NCBI GenBank assembly: GCA_019634385.1 | Contig: JAHQVK010000050.1 | Location: 20,072-84,071, forward strand | From: Myxococcales bacterium | GTDB taxonomy: Bacteria; Myxococcota; Kuafuiibacteriia; Kuafuiibacteriales; Kuafuiibacteriaceae | Direction: 5' to 3' | DNA length: 64,000 nucleotides | Shown here: positions 50,255-61,418 of the stretch, one piece after another | Layout: each line of letters starts with the position of its first letter | Position numbering within the stretch: the first letter of the stretch is position 1 | Notes under the pieces: model-generated | Seen by the model: the letters and a program-made list of their open reading frames with translations, nothing else | The model's database searches: none | What the model was told of the DNA's origin: nothing | Made by a program: the position numbers and the translations under genes

Positions 50255-51754
50255 ATGGGGATCCCTGAACGGGACCTTCTCCGCGACGCTGTCGCCAGCA
50301 TGACGGGGGAAGGCTATTTTGTACTCGATCTCATGGGGCGGTACGTCGCTTTCAATAACGTACATAAGGAGATGATGAGTGGTGCAGCGGAACTCTCACC
50401 TCAGATCGGTGAATTCTTCCTACACCTGCTCTACCCTGGCTCAAAATCTGACATATCGCCCCCGTCGCACTCACTCCAGAATGCGTTCACCGATGCGCTT
50501 TCTGGAGTGGTTACTGTAGGTTCTGTTCGCCAAGCTGGTGGGATCAAACTGGAATTTGAGATTAAGTTTAGCCCATTGGGCTCACCGGAAATCCGAGGTG
50601 TCATTGGCCGACATCCCGGGCCTGGTGGACGCCGGATACCGTTGGCAGTAGAGCCCGTGCCGGCACCCATCGCCCAACTCTCCGACGGCGTCCTCAATGA
50701 ACTTAATAACTTAGGGGTCGGATTGAGCGGTGTACTAGAAACACTAAACCAAAGTGCTGCTATGTCTTCCGGGGAAGCTCAACTTAGTCAACGGGTAGCG
50801 ATCGAACTATTGGAGCAAGTACGCACCCGAGCCGAACGAGCCCGACGCCTCGGACGAACTATTCGCTCCCAAGCAATGCCCTCGCCGGATGCCGAGATGG
50901 ACGTAGATGTATGGCTGGCAGACTTGGAGCCAAAACTTCAAGCGCGGGCTCCTGGGGTGAAACTGCATGTGGAGCGAGGTCTAGGCAATGCGCGCATCAT
51001 CGCCCACACCCAGGAGCTCGAAGATGCTCTCTTCGAGCTCGTGCAAAACGCGGCACAGGCCCACGCCGATCATATCGTAGTTCGCTCTAGACTAGAGCTC
51101 TCAACAAGCACCCAGTCCCCCAAAACGATGACTCTCGAGGTAGAAGACGATGGTGAAGGCATTTGCAAGGAGCGGATTGATCGGGTGCTCGAGCCTTACG
51201 TCGGATCACGGAAGCACACTCAGGGCATAGGACTCACCCGGGTCAAGAGCATTGCTGGTACCCACGGAGGCTCAGTAGCTATTCGGTCCGGTCCCTCCGG
51301 CGGAACCATCGTGGCGCTTCATCTACCTCTGTCTCATCGCAATGAGCCGGAAACAATGGATCTTCACGTAGAGACCTTCCAACCCCCCCCGCAACAATCC
51401 ATACTCGTTGTGGATGACGCTCCAGAAGTACGACGGGTGTTGGGCCGAGTCCTACGTAATGCCGGTCACGATGTCTTCGAAGCGGAGGATGGACTGGATG
51501 CATTGGAGAAACTGAGTGAGCGCCACACCATGCCCGACCTCATCATTCTCGACTTGATGATGCCCCGTATGGACGGGATCGAAACCTACCGAGAACTGCG
51601 GATGCGCTCTGAAATTCTTCCCATACTTATCACTAGTGGCTACCACCCATCGAGTCTCGACTTCCTGACCACCGACGGCCAGGCCAGGTTCCTGCCTAAA
51701 CCGTTTTCTCCAACCGAAGTACTTGCCTCCGTTGACCAGCTCTTGAGCAAATAA
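50255..51754 (+). CDS. Hybrid sensor histidine kinase / response regulator
   Basis: PAS-like N-terminus. HATPase (QNAAQAHADHIVV...GIGLT). C-terminal receiver (ILVVDDAPEVRRVL...ILDLMMPRMDG). Confidence 0.8.
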   Translation: MGIPERDLLRDAVASMTGEGYFVLDLMGRYVAFNNVHKEMMSGAAELSPQIGEFFLHLLYPGSKSDISPPSHSLQNAFTDALSGVVTVGSVRQAGGIKLEFEIKFSPLGSPEIRGVIGRHPGPGGRRIPLAVEPVPAPIAQLSDGVLNELNNLGVGLSGVLETLNQSAAMSSGEAQLSQRVAIELLEQVRTRAERARRLGRTIRSQAMPSPDAEMDVDVWLADLEPKLQARAPGVKLHVERGLGNARIIAHTQELEDALFELVQNAAQAHADHIVVRSRLELSTSTQSPKTMTLEVEDDGEGICKERIDRVLEPYVGSRKHTQGIGLTRVKSIAGTHGGSVAIRSGPSGGTIVALHLPLSHRNEPETMDLHVETFQPPPQQSILVVDDAPEVRRVLGRVLRNAGHDVFEAEDGLDALEKLSERHTMPDLIILDLMMPRMDGIETYRELRMRSEILPILITSGYHPSSLDFLTTDGQARFLPKPFSPTEVLASVDQLLSK

Positions 51755-51762
51755 GAGAACAC

Positions 51763-53187
51763 ATGGCGTCCTCTTTGGATATTCACCTCATTGGTATCTG
51801 TGGCACGGGGATGGGAAGTTTCGCCGGCCTTCTTAAAGCATCAGGACACCGAGTTCGGGGCAGTGATCATAACGTATATCCACCTATGTCTGACAAGCTT
51901 ACTGCGTGGAACATACCGGTCATGCAGGGATACCACCCAAACAACCTGCTACCTCATCCCGATCTGGTCGTTATTGGTAACGTAGTCCGCCGCACTAACC
52001 CTGAAGCCGTAGCTGTCCTCGAAAAAGGACTCAAATATGCCTCATTCCCAGAAACCCTGGGGGAATTATTCCTAAAAGAGCGACGTTCGCTCGTCGTTGC
52101 TGGCACTCACGGCAAGACAACAACCAGTAGCCTCTTAGCGTGGTTACTCACTCACGCGGGGAAAGATCCCGGCATGTTAATCGGCGGCATTCCCCAGAAC
52201 TTTGGCGAAGGTTTCCGAATGGGTTCGGGTCCGGCATTCGTTGTAGAAGGTGATGAGTACGACACCGCATTTTTTGATAAACGGCCAAAATTTCTTTCTT
52301 ATTGCCCTCAGCTGGCCATTTTAACTTCCCTTGAGTACGATCACGCCGACATCTATCCCGACCTGGAATCTATTGAGATGCGTTTTGATCAACTGACAAC
52401 TCTCGTGCCGAAGACCGGATATATTTTGGCCTGCGCCTCCTCGGAACCAGTTCTGCGAAGAAAATCCCGTGCTGAAGCAAAGTGGGAAACATACTCTGCG
52501 AAGCCCGGTATTGAAGCCGATTGGCAAGTTAGTCATGTACTACCACACACCGATGGCGTCCGGTTTACTATCCTCCACCAAGGCACATCCATGGGCGACG
52601 TCAATCTTCCCATGTCCGGAAGGTATAATGTGGAGAATGCCTTAGCAGCCACTGCCGCCGCCATACATGAAGGCCTGAGTTTCGACGAAGCCCGAGAGGG
52701 CCTTGCTTCATTCAACGGGGTCGCCCGCCGACAAACAGTCGTAGCAGAAATCAACGAAATTAGGATCATAGACGACTTTGCCCATCATCCAACCGCCGTA
52801 GCAAGCACCCTGGACGGTATTCGAGAACGGTACGGCGCCAACGGGCGTATCCTAGCGGTCTTTGAACCCAGGAGTGCCACAAGTTCTCGCAAGTACTTCC
52901 AAAGCGCCTATGCAAATGCCTTTGGAGCAGCTGACTACGCGCTGATTGCGCCCGTCGGTCGTTCAGAGCTCAGCATCGAAGAGCGGCTCGACACCACTCA
53001 ACTAGCAGAACATATCCAAGCCTTAGGCACTCAAGCTCGTGCGTTCACCGATTTAGACGCTCTTGTTCAGGCCATCGCAATTCTAGCTCGCCCCCGCGAC
53101 ACCATCGTGTTCATGAGCAATGGTGGATTTGATGAGATCCACAAAAAGACCCAAGAGCGACTCGCCCAAAGGCCTAAAGATAGATAG
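51763..53187 (+). CDS. mpl: UDP-N-acetylmuramate:L-alanyl-gamma-D-glutamyl-meso-diaminopimelate ligase (murein peptide ligase)
   Basis: IHLIGICGTGMGSFAGLLKASGHRVRGSDHNVYPPMS, GTHGKTTT and EGDEYDTAFFDKRPKF...LEYDHADI are collinear with E. coli Mpl. Confidence 0.85.
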   Translation: MASSLDIHLIGICGTGMGSFAGLLKASGHRVRGSDHNVYPPMSDKLTAWNIPVMQGYHPNNLLPHPDLVVIGNVVRRTNPEAVAVLEKGLKYASFPETLGELFLKERRSLVVAGTHGKTTTSSLLAWLLTHAGKDPGMLIGGIPQNFGEGFRMGSGPAFVVEGDEYDTAFFDKRPKFLSYCPQLAILTSLEYDHADIYPDLESIEMRFDQLTTLVPKTGYILACASSEPVLRRKSRAEAKWETYSAKPGIEADWQVSHVLPHTDGVRFTILHQGTSMGDVNLPMSGRYNVENALAATAAAIHEGLSFDEAREGLASFNGVARRQTVVAEINEIRIIDDFAHHPTAVASTLDGIRERYGANGRILAVFEPRSATSSRKYFQSAYANAFGAADYALIAPVGRSELSIEERLDTTQLAEHIQALGTQARAFTDLDALVQAIAILARPRDTIVFMSNGGFDEIHKKTQERLAQRPKDR

Positions 53188-53236
53188 CAAGATGTCATCG
53201 TAGTGCTTGGTTTGGTACACTAGATGACCTTTGACA

Positions 53237-53347
53237 CAACAGAAATCACTTGGGTTGAACCCAAGCGCCTGCTTTTACGCCGGGCTATGCCCCGCTGCGC
53301 GACCACTTGTTGATTCTTATAGAATCAATTCAAGTGGTCTTTGCTGT
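53237..53347 (-). repeat. MITE-like structured repeat, copy C (full length, reverse orientation)
   Basis: Reverse complement reads tACAGCAAAGaccacttgaattgattctataagaatcaa...cgcagcggggcatagccc...cttgggttcaacccaagtgatTTCTGTTGTg. Confidence 0.8.
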
Positions 53348-53470
53348 TATAAGTCGAGATGGTCACTAAAGTAGTGAAGCGCTGCGGAATTAATCCACAA
53401 CGCTCCACCTTGGAGTCACAACGCACTATGTGAAACTCAAGTACTTAATATCTTCACGTAGCTTCGAAAC

Positions 53471-55285
<1,815 letters not shown>

Positions 55286-55666
55286 ATATTTCTATACCTT
55301 CCAAAATTTGCGCATGCCTCTTTGGCTAACGCAGTCCTATAATTGTATACATCTGTAAACTAGCAAATATTGTATCGTTCGCACCACAGAACGCATAGCG
55401 TAAACATGCCCACTAAATGGGCGCATCTGTCGAAGGCACGCGACACAAGAGTATGATGCGTTCTGGCCAAAGCGCAAGACATACTCGCTATGTCCACTAA
55501 GAATGGCAACATCATAGTTACGCATGTCGATTAACGTGTCCTCGGTCTTCACTTTCGAATGCAGAATTGCACAACACATGTGCGTAGAAGAACTCCCGCA
55601 CCCTAAGCGACTGTTGTGGCTCTATCCGTAATTCTCAGTAGTGCCTCAACCAGGTCAATCTCCAGG

Positions 55667-55778
55667 TTAACCATATACAGCAAAGACTCCTTGAATTGAT
55701 TCTGTAAGAATCAACAAGGAGTCGCGCAGCAGGGCATTGCCCCGCTGCGAAGCTGGAACTTGGGTTCAACCCAAGTTC
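55667..55778 (+). repeat. MITE-like structured repeat, copy D (full length)
   Basis: tACAGCAAAGactccttgaattgattctgtaagaatcaacaaggagtcgcgcagcagggcattgccccgctgcg...ggaacttgggttcaacccaagttctTTCTGCTGTa. Confidence 0.85.
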
Positions 55779-56071
55779 TTTCTGCTGTAAAGGTATCGCT
55801 CGGCCTACTCTTCACCTGAGGTATGTCTTTTACGTCGGAGGTGCTCTATGACTCGCCCCCAATTAGCGAAATGTCCGGCGACCTGCGATCCCCCGTCTTG
55901 CTGCTAGCCTCTCCTTCAACTCGCTATGACCAACCTCGATCCGAGTAAAACATTCAGGTAAACCAAGGTATTTCGCAATAGTTCTACGCGGACCTTAAAG
56001 ACACGCCATAGTGAGGAATACTCCTCCATCAGTGATAGAGGAGTATTTGAACCACAAAATTAACCCACCTC

Positions 56072-57727
56072 TTACCGGTAGAGACGATAGATAGTGCCAC
56101 CATCTGTGAGAATATAGATCGATCCGTCTGGAGCTTCGGACAACTCTCGAAAACGAACATTCATATCCTCAAACATTTTGGTTTCGCTGATCACCGCTTC
56201 ACCATCCAACGTAAGACGTGAAATATGTCGCCCTGCCAACGCACCTACGAATAGGTTCCCTTTCCATTCGGGAAACATATTCCCTCGATAAAAAATCATC
56301 CCTGATGGGGCTATAGACGGCGTCCAGTAGTGGATCGGCTCTATGAAACCCTGTCCTGCATGGTCATCCGGAATCTGTTCTCCATTGTAATGGCTTCCAT
56401 AACAAGCTAACGGCCAACCATAGTTTTCACCTGCTCGCGGAATATTAACCTCGTCCCCACCTTGAGGACCATGTTCATGATTCCATATCTTTCCGGTTGT
56501 TGGATGAACAGCCATTCCCTGAATATTGCGATGCCCATAAGACCAGATTTCTGGCCTTGCATTTGCTTGATTCACAAACGGATTATCATTGGGAACCTGA
56601 CCATCAGGATGGATGCGGATGATCGTTCCAAGATGGTTATTGATATTCTGAGCTTGATCATACTCAAAATATTCGCCGAGGCCGATAAATAGATGCCCAT
56701 CCTCGTGGAATGCCAATCGACAGCCATAGTGAAGACCCCCTCCTCCTATTTTGGTGGCAGTAAATATTACCATCCAGTCCTGTAATCGCGCCCCATCAAA
56801 ACGAGCGCGGGCCACCTCCGTTCCCGACTGATTTCCCTCTTCTCCAGCGTAACAAAAGTATACATATTGATCTTGGGCAAAGGTTGGACCAACCAATACA
56901 TCCAGCAGTCCTCCTTGACCTTCCGCCTCAATATTAGGCAATCCGGCTAACGGGGAAGACAGCATGTGGTCGTTACCCAAAAGGCGAAGATTTCCCACCT
57001 TCTCTGTCACTAGAGCGCGACCATCAGGTAAGAAATCCAAGCCCCATGGCCAACTCAGACCATCAACAACCACCGCCATCTGAGGCTCTCCAGTTGGTAC
57101 TGGTTCGGGGACTGGCTCCGGTTCGGGGACTGGCTCCGGTTCAGGGACTGGCTCCGGTTCAGGGACTGGCTCCGGTTCAGGGACTGGCTCCGGTTCGGGG
57201 ACTGGTTCCGGTTCGGGGACTGGCTCCGGTTCGGGGACTGGTTCCGGTTCGGGGACTGGTTCCGGTTCGGGGACTGGTTCCGGTTCGGGGACTGGTTCCG
57301 GTTCGGGGACTGGCTCCGGTTCGGACGCACCGCAGCGCACACCATTGACCACAAACATTGCGGGCACGTTGGATGAGCTGCCATTTGACGCTCCAATAAA
57401 TCCTGGACTAACTGATCCACCGGAAGGAATATTGCTATTCCAAGACTCATGGGTTACAGTGACCATCTGTGATGAACTTGATTGCTCAAACTGTCCCGCC
57501 CACCCCTGAACAATAGATTGGGTCTCAGGCAATAGAAATTCTAACTGCCAATTAGTTATCGCATTAGATCCAGTATTTTTAATAGTTATCTGACCTTGAA
57601 AACCGCTATTCCAAGAGTTCATGATCCTATAATCAACATCACAAGAAACTTGAGCCCACGTCGGCGAGGTAGCAAAGATCATCCCAACCGCCGTCAGTCC
57701 CGTGTGGACTACCCTAAATATATTCAT
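56072..57727 (-). CDS. Secreted CBM2-(EPEPVP)n-PQQ-dependent soluble sugar (aldose) dehydrogenase (GSDH/YliI-like six-bladed propeller)
   Basis: Signal peptide. CBM2 ([25 protein letters not shown]...NGVRC). 20x EPEPVP linker. GSDH blocks [42 protein letters not shown] and [17 protein letters not shown]...[11 protein letters not shown] match the YliI/Asd family. Confidence 0.75.
   Translation of the reverse strand: MNIFRVVHTGLTAVGMIFATSPTWAQVSCDVDYRIMNSWNSGFQGQITIKNTGSNAITNWQLEFLLPETQSIVQGWAGQFEQSSSSQMVTVTHESWNSNIPSGGSVSPGFIGASNGSSSNVPAMFVVNGVRCGASEPEPVPEPEPVPEPEPVPEPEPVPEPEPVPEPEPVPEPEPVPEPEPVPEPEPVPEPEPVPEPEPVPEPEPVPEPVPTGEPQMAVVVDGLSWPWGLDFLPDGRALVTEKVGNLRLLGNDHMLSSPLAGLPNIEAEGQGGLLDVLVGPTFAQDQYVYFCYAGEEGNQSGTEVARARFDGARLQDWMVIFTATKIGGGGLHYGCRLAFHEDGHLFIGLGEYFEYDQAQNINNHLGTIIRIHPDGQVPNDNPFVNQANARPEIWSYGHRNIQGMAVHPTTGKIWNHEHGPQGGDEVNIPRAGENYGWPLACYGSHYNGEQIPDDHAGQGFIEPIHYWTPSIAPSGMIFYRGNMFPEWKGNLFVGALAGRHISRLTLDGEAVISETKMFEDMNVRFRELSEAPDGSIYILTDGGTIYRLYR
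57098..57325. repeat. 18-bp tandem repeat (ggttcggggactggctcc)n encoding the (EPEPVP)n linker
   Basis: About 12 near-identical units seen directly. They generate spurious repeat ORFs on both strands. Confidence 0.85.
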
Positions 57728-58065
57728 ATAGCTGTACCTTTAATGCTTCGCGTATGCCGTCCTAGAATACGCGGCTACACACTTATTGTATACACTCCTA
57801 AATTCACGGAATATTTGAGACCGCACAATCAGAAGGACTGGTGTAACTTGTTGCGCTCTGTACGGAAACGCAATACATATTGCGCCCATGCGAGCGCCAG
57901 AGTATTCGACATTGCCAACAAACCGCAAGACATGTAGTATTCCTTTTTTCCGACCACCAATGAGGGTACCACCAGGCAGAAGCCCAGGCGGGTTGGCTAG
58001 GGCTCGTTGCTGAAATCGGCAAGGAACTATCGTAAGGGACCTAGTTTGGCTGAATTATTCGGACT

Positions 58066-58122
58066 ACAGCAAAGCCTCCCGGAGAAGCCAGAACTTGGGT
58101 TCAACCAAGGGATTTCTGCTGT
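58066..58122 (+). repeat. MITE-like repeat, copy F (57-bp internally deleted derivative)
   Basis: tACAGCAAAGcctcccggagaagccagaacttgggttcaaccaagggatTTCTGCTGTa. Confidence 0.7.
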
Positions 58123-58321
58123 AGAAGGGAGGCTAGCACTGACTGAGAGCCGTGAAAACCAGCCATTCGAACCAATCCGGAACCGCTGAGAGCCCCGAGG
58201 CCGGACATTCAGGCTAATCCCCAAGACGAGCAATAGACCACGTCCGATGTTAAAGACACACCATTGTCGAGAATCGGTAGTCACTGAACGTGATCTGGAT
58301 CAATATTAAGAAAGACGGCAT

Positions 58322-58432
58322 ACAGCAAAACCACTTGAATTGATTCTGTAAGAATCAACAAGGGGGCGCGCAGCGGGGCATTGCTCCCCAGAGAAACTGG
58401 AACTTGGGTTCAACCCAAGGGATTTCTGCTGT
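58322..58432 (+). repeat. MITE-like structured repeat, copy E (full length)
   Basis: tACAGCAAAAccacttgaattgattctgtaagaatcaacaagggggcgcgcagcggggcattgctcccc...ggaacttgggttcaacccaagggatTTCTGCTGTa. Confidence 0.85.
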
Positions 58433-58451
58433 AGAGCAGGGGCAATCAGCC

Positions 58452-59393
58452 TTAAGATATTGTTTCTTCATAATATGAGATTGTTCGACGGAGTCCCTCA
58501 GCAAACTGTACGGTGGGCTCGTAGCCAAGCAAGGCCTTAGCCTTTGAAATATCTGCTAGCGAATGCTGAACATCACCTTCGCGCGGCGGTTTATGTTGAG
58601 GAGGCTTACCTCGACCAATAATTTGCTGGATGGTCTGTGCCAATTCCAAGAGACTTATTCGTTCACCACAAGCGATATTGAATACTTTTCCGACCGCCTC
58701 AGATGAGGCAACACAGGCTTTGATATTCGCCTGCACAACATTGTCAATGAAGGTGAAGTCTCGTGAAATTGAACCATCACCATTGATGAGCGGCGCCTCA
58801 TCTCGGAGGCATGCAGCAATAAATTTTGGAATCACTGCGGAGTAGGTGCTATTTGGATCTTGTCTAGGACCAAATATATTAAAGTATCGAAGAGCTATCG
58901 TTTCTAGTCCAAATCTCTCATAGAAAACACGACAATACATCTCACCAACATACTTTTGCACCGCGTATGGACTCAACGGTTGCGCAGTCATGCTTTCCAC
59001 TTTTGGAAGCACTGGCGTATCGCCGTAGGCTGATGAAGATGCAGCATATACTATCCGCCGAACCCGTGCTTCTTTGGCTGCCATCAACAGCCCCAGAGTG
59101 CCGTTTACGTTAATTTGATGCGTTTTGATCGGTTCTTTCATCGACTTCGGAACACTGGGCAGTGCGCCATGATGAAGTATAAATTCCACACCATCTACTG
59201 CTCGTCGACAAACAGCCGGGTCCACCAGTGAACCCTCTATCATTTTGATCTGCTCAACAAACGGCGCAAGATTTTCCATGCGCCCCGTAGAAAGATCGTC
59301 CAAGACCCGAACATCGTCCCCTCGACGCAGAAGCACCTCAACGAGGTTAGAGCCAATAAAGCCAGCACCGCCAGTCACTAAGTAAGAGGCCAT
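58452..59393 (-). CDS. NAD-dependent nucleotide-sugar epimerase/dehydratase (GalE/WbpP-like)
   Basis: MASYLVTGGAGFIGSNLVEVLL Rossmann motif. Catalytic YxxxK (YAVQKYVGE). 313 aa. Confidence 0.8.
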   Translation of the reverse strand: MASYLVTGGAGFIGSNLVEVLLRRGDDVRVLDDLSTGRMENLAPFVEQIKMIEGSLVDPAVCRRAVDGVEFILHHGALPSVPKSMKEPIKTHQINVNGTLGLLMAAKEARVRRIVYAASSSAYGDTPVLPKVESMTAQPLSPYAVQKYVGEMYCRVFYERFGLETIALRYFNIFGPRQDPNSTYSAVIPKFIAACLRDEAPLINGDGSISRDFTFIDNVVQANIKACVASSEAVGKVFNIACGERISLLELAQTIQQIIGRGKPPQHKPPREGDVQHSLADISKAKALLGYEPTVQFAEGLRRTISYYEETIS

Positions 59394-59451
59394 CTTCTAA
59401 GGTGAAACCCCGTTTATCATCCGGACGCAAGTACCAACGGTTCACCTTCTG

Positions 59452-61080
59452 TTGGCGACCGTGTATGAAAAGTATGCGGTGAACGAAGTACGTGTGGGAC
59501 GATTTCGGTTGATCGGCTGTATCGCCCGCGGCGGAATGGCTGAAATATACCTGGGCAGGCCAAACAATCCCGAAGATGCCGATGCAGGGGCCGAAGTTGC
59601 CATAAAGCGTCTTTTTCCAGAGCATCAATCGGAACGTGAGTTCATCCAAATGTTCTTCGACGAAGCTCGTCTAGCGGCACAATTGGACCACCCAAATATT
59701 GTTCGCATTGTTGAGGTTAACGAAGCTCCTCCAACACCATTCATCGCCATGGAACTCCTGCGCGGAGCAAACCTGAGAGATATTCGGGCTCGACTACGTC
59801 AGATTGCCGAGCCCATCCCTCCAGAACTCGCTGCGCTGCTAGCGGTGGGCGTTCTGCGAGGACTCGGCCACGCCCATACCTTAAGAGACCATCGAGGACC
59901 GCTCAACATCGTCCACCGCGATGTATCTCCTCCCAATATCGTCATCACCTACGACGGCGCCGTTAAACTCTTAGACTTTGGTATCGCTCGAACCAACCAC
60001 CAGTTGCACAAAACACAGGCGGGACTATATAAGGGCAAATTTGCCTACATGTCGCCGGAGCAACTCAGAGGTCAGTCCGTGGACGGTCGCTCAGATCTAT
60101 TTGCTCTTACGGAGGTTCTCTACGAACTCCTGCTCCAAAGACATCCCTTCGAGGCAACCACCGAAGTTGGCATCATCAGAAAGGTACAGCACGAAGCTCC
60201 GACGCCTCCGCGAAACATCGCACCAAAATTTCCGAAGGATCTGTCAGATATATTACTTAAATCATTAGAAAAAAATCCAGATCTTCGATTTCGGAACGCG
60301 GAGGATATGGAAACGGCCTTGGTTCAGTGGATAAATACTCAGACTCCTCGACCTACCTTTTCTGACCTCGCCCGCTTCCTACGTTCACTCTTCGCTGACC
60401 GTCTTAATGAGGAAGAAGATGCTCGCCGTCACAGCAACGATGCCGCGCTAGTGAAAGTGCTCCGTGGTCAAAGCCTATATCGCCCCACTTGGACACCACC
60501 TCTCACCGAGGTCACCGGAACAAATGACACTTTGCGCGACACCGAACACCCCACACTATGGGACATTCAAGAGCCCCTCAAACGCCCTCAGAAAAATAAA
60601 TCTAGCAGCTCCGTCCCAACAATAACGGACACGCTGGTCCCAACCACCCAACCAGCCCCACCCCACATCCCTGACCCAGCAGAAAAGTCCTATGAGCACC
60701 ACTCACCATGGCCGCAACAAAAGTCTCCTCAGGGACAAATCCATCAGCTGGATATTGTTGTCTGCGGCTTTGGAATAGTAACGCTGATCGCAGCCTTTGT
60801 CTGGAGCATCACTTATGTTCCATCAACGCGGCTCGCAGTAAGTAGTACTCCGCTAGGAGCTCACGTATTTCTCAACGGGATCTCCACCCAGCAGAAAACC
60901 CCCGTAGTTCTTTGGGTTCCGGTCCAACCAACTTATCGGGTCATTATGAGGCTAGAGGGTTACGATTCTTGCCGGCGACACGTTCGCCCACGCCACTCCT
61001 CCGAAGATATTATGGTCGAGTGTGAACTTCAAAGAAGCGATCCCGACCAAAACTTGACAGAAGCCTCCAGTAAACTATAA
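59452..61080 (+). CDS. Ser/Thr protein kinase with TM segment and C-terminal PEGA domain
   Basis: Kinase motifs (GGMAEIYLG...[26 protein letters not shown]). A TM helix. PEGA-like [23 protein letters not shown]...[12 protein letters not shown]. Confidence 0.85.
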   Translation: MATVYEKYAVNEVRVGRFRLIGCIARGGMAEIYLGRPNNPEDADAGAEVAIKRLFPEHQSEREFIQMFFDEARLAAQLDHPNIVRIVEVNEAPPTPFIAMELLRGANLRDIRARLRQIAEPIPPELAALLAVGVLRGLGHAHTLRDHRGPLNIVHRDVSPPNIVITYDGAVKLLDFGIARTNHQLHKTQAGLYKGKFAYMSPEQLRGQSVDGRSDLFALTEVLYELLLQRHPFEATTEVGIIRKVQHEAPTPPRNIAPKFPKDLSDILLKSLEKNPDLRFRNAEDMETALVQWINTQTPRPTFSDLARFLRSLFADRLNEEEDARRHSNDAALVKVLRGQSLYRPTWTPPLTEVTGTNDTLRDTEHPTLWDIQEPLKRPQKNKSSSSVPTITDTLVPTTQPAPPHIPDPAEKSYEHHSPWPQQKSPQGQIHQLDIVVCGFGIVTLIAAFVWSITYVPSTRLAVSSTPLGAHVFLNGISTQQKTPVVLWVPVQPTYRVIMRLEGYDSCRRHVRPRHSSEDIMVECELQRSDPDQNLTEASSKL

Positions 61081-61151
61081 CACGCGCGCTCCCCCGTAGT
61101 AAGCATACGTGGGACGCGAGGCAGCCTGCCCACCAAGGAGGTGAACAAGAA

Positions 61152-61352
61152 ATGCCCGGTATCCGAGTAAAAGAGGGAGAATCCTTTGAGCGAGCCATGC
61201 GCCGTTTCAAAAAACAGTGTGAGCGCGCTGGGATCCTCGGAGAGATTCGCAAGCGCGAGTACTACGAAAAGCCCTCTGTTCGCCGCAAAAAGAAAGCTGC
61301 AGCCGCCAGAAAAAGACTCATCAAGAAGATGAGGAAAGAAGGTTCTGGTTGA
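61152..61352 (+). CDS. rpsU: 30S ribosomal protein S21
   Basis: [42 protein letters not shown] matches S21 nearly position by position. Confidence 0.92.
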   Translation: MPGIRVKEGESFERAMRRFKKQCERAGILGEIRKREYYEKPSVRRKKKAAAARKRLIKKMRKEGSG

Positions 61353-61361
61353 GTTATTGCT

Positions 61362-61396
61362 CCGTGAGAGCGTGACACCTCAACATGCTCTCACGG
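61362..61396 (+). promoter_or_regulatory. Perfect 10-bp stem / 15-nt loop hairpin in the rpsU-dnaG intergenic region
   Basis: ccgtgagagc-(gtgacacctcaacat)-gctctcacgg. No trailing T-run. Candidate attenuator or processing site rather than a strong terminator. Confidence 0.45.
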
Positions 61397-61418
61397 AGGA
61401 CCGTAAGCAAAAGACGCC

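Noticed and set aside
57046-57450. ORFs 57046-57348 (plus) and 57055-57450 (minus) encoding LAPVRG and SQSPNR repeat proteins
   Set aside because: They are artefacts of the 18-bp tandem repeat read in other frames and strands. The real gene is the minus-strand CBM2-PQQ dehydrogenase.
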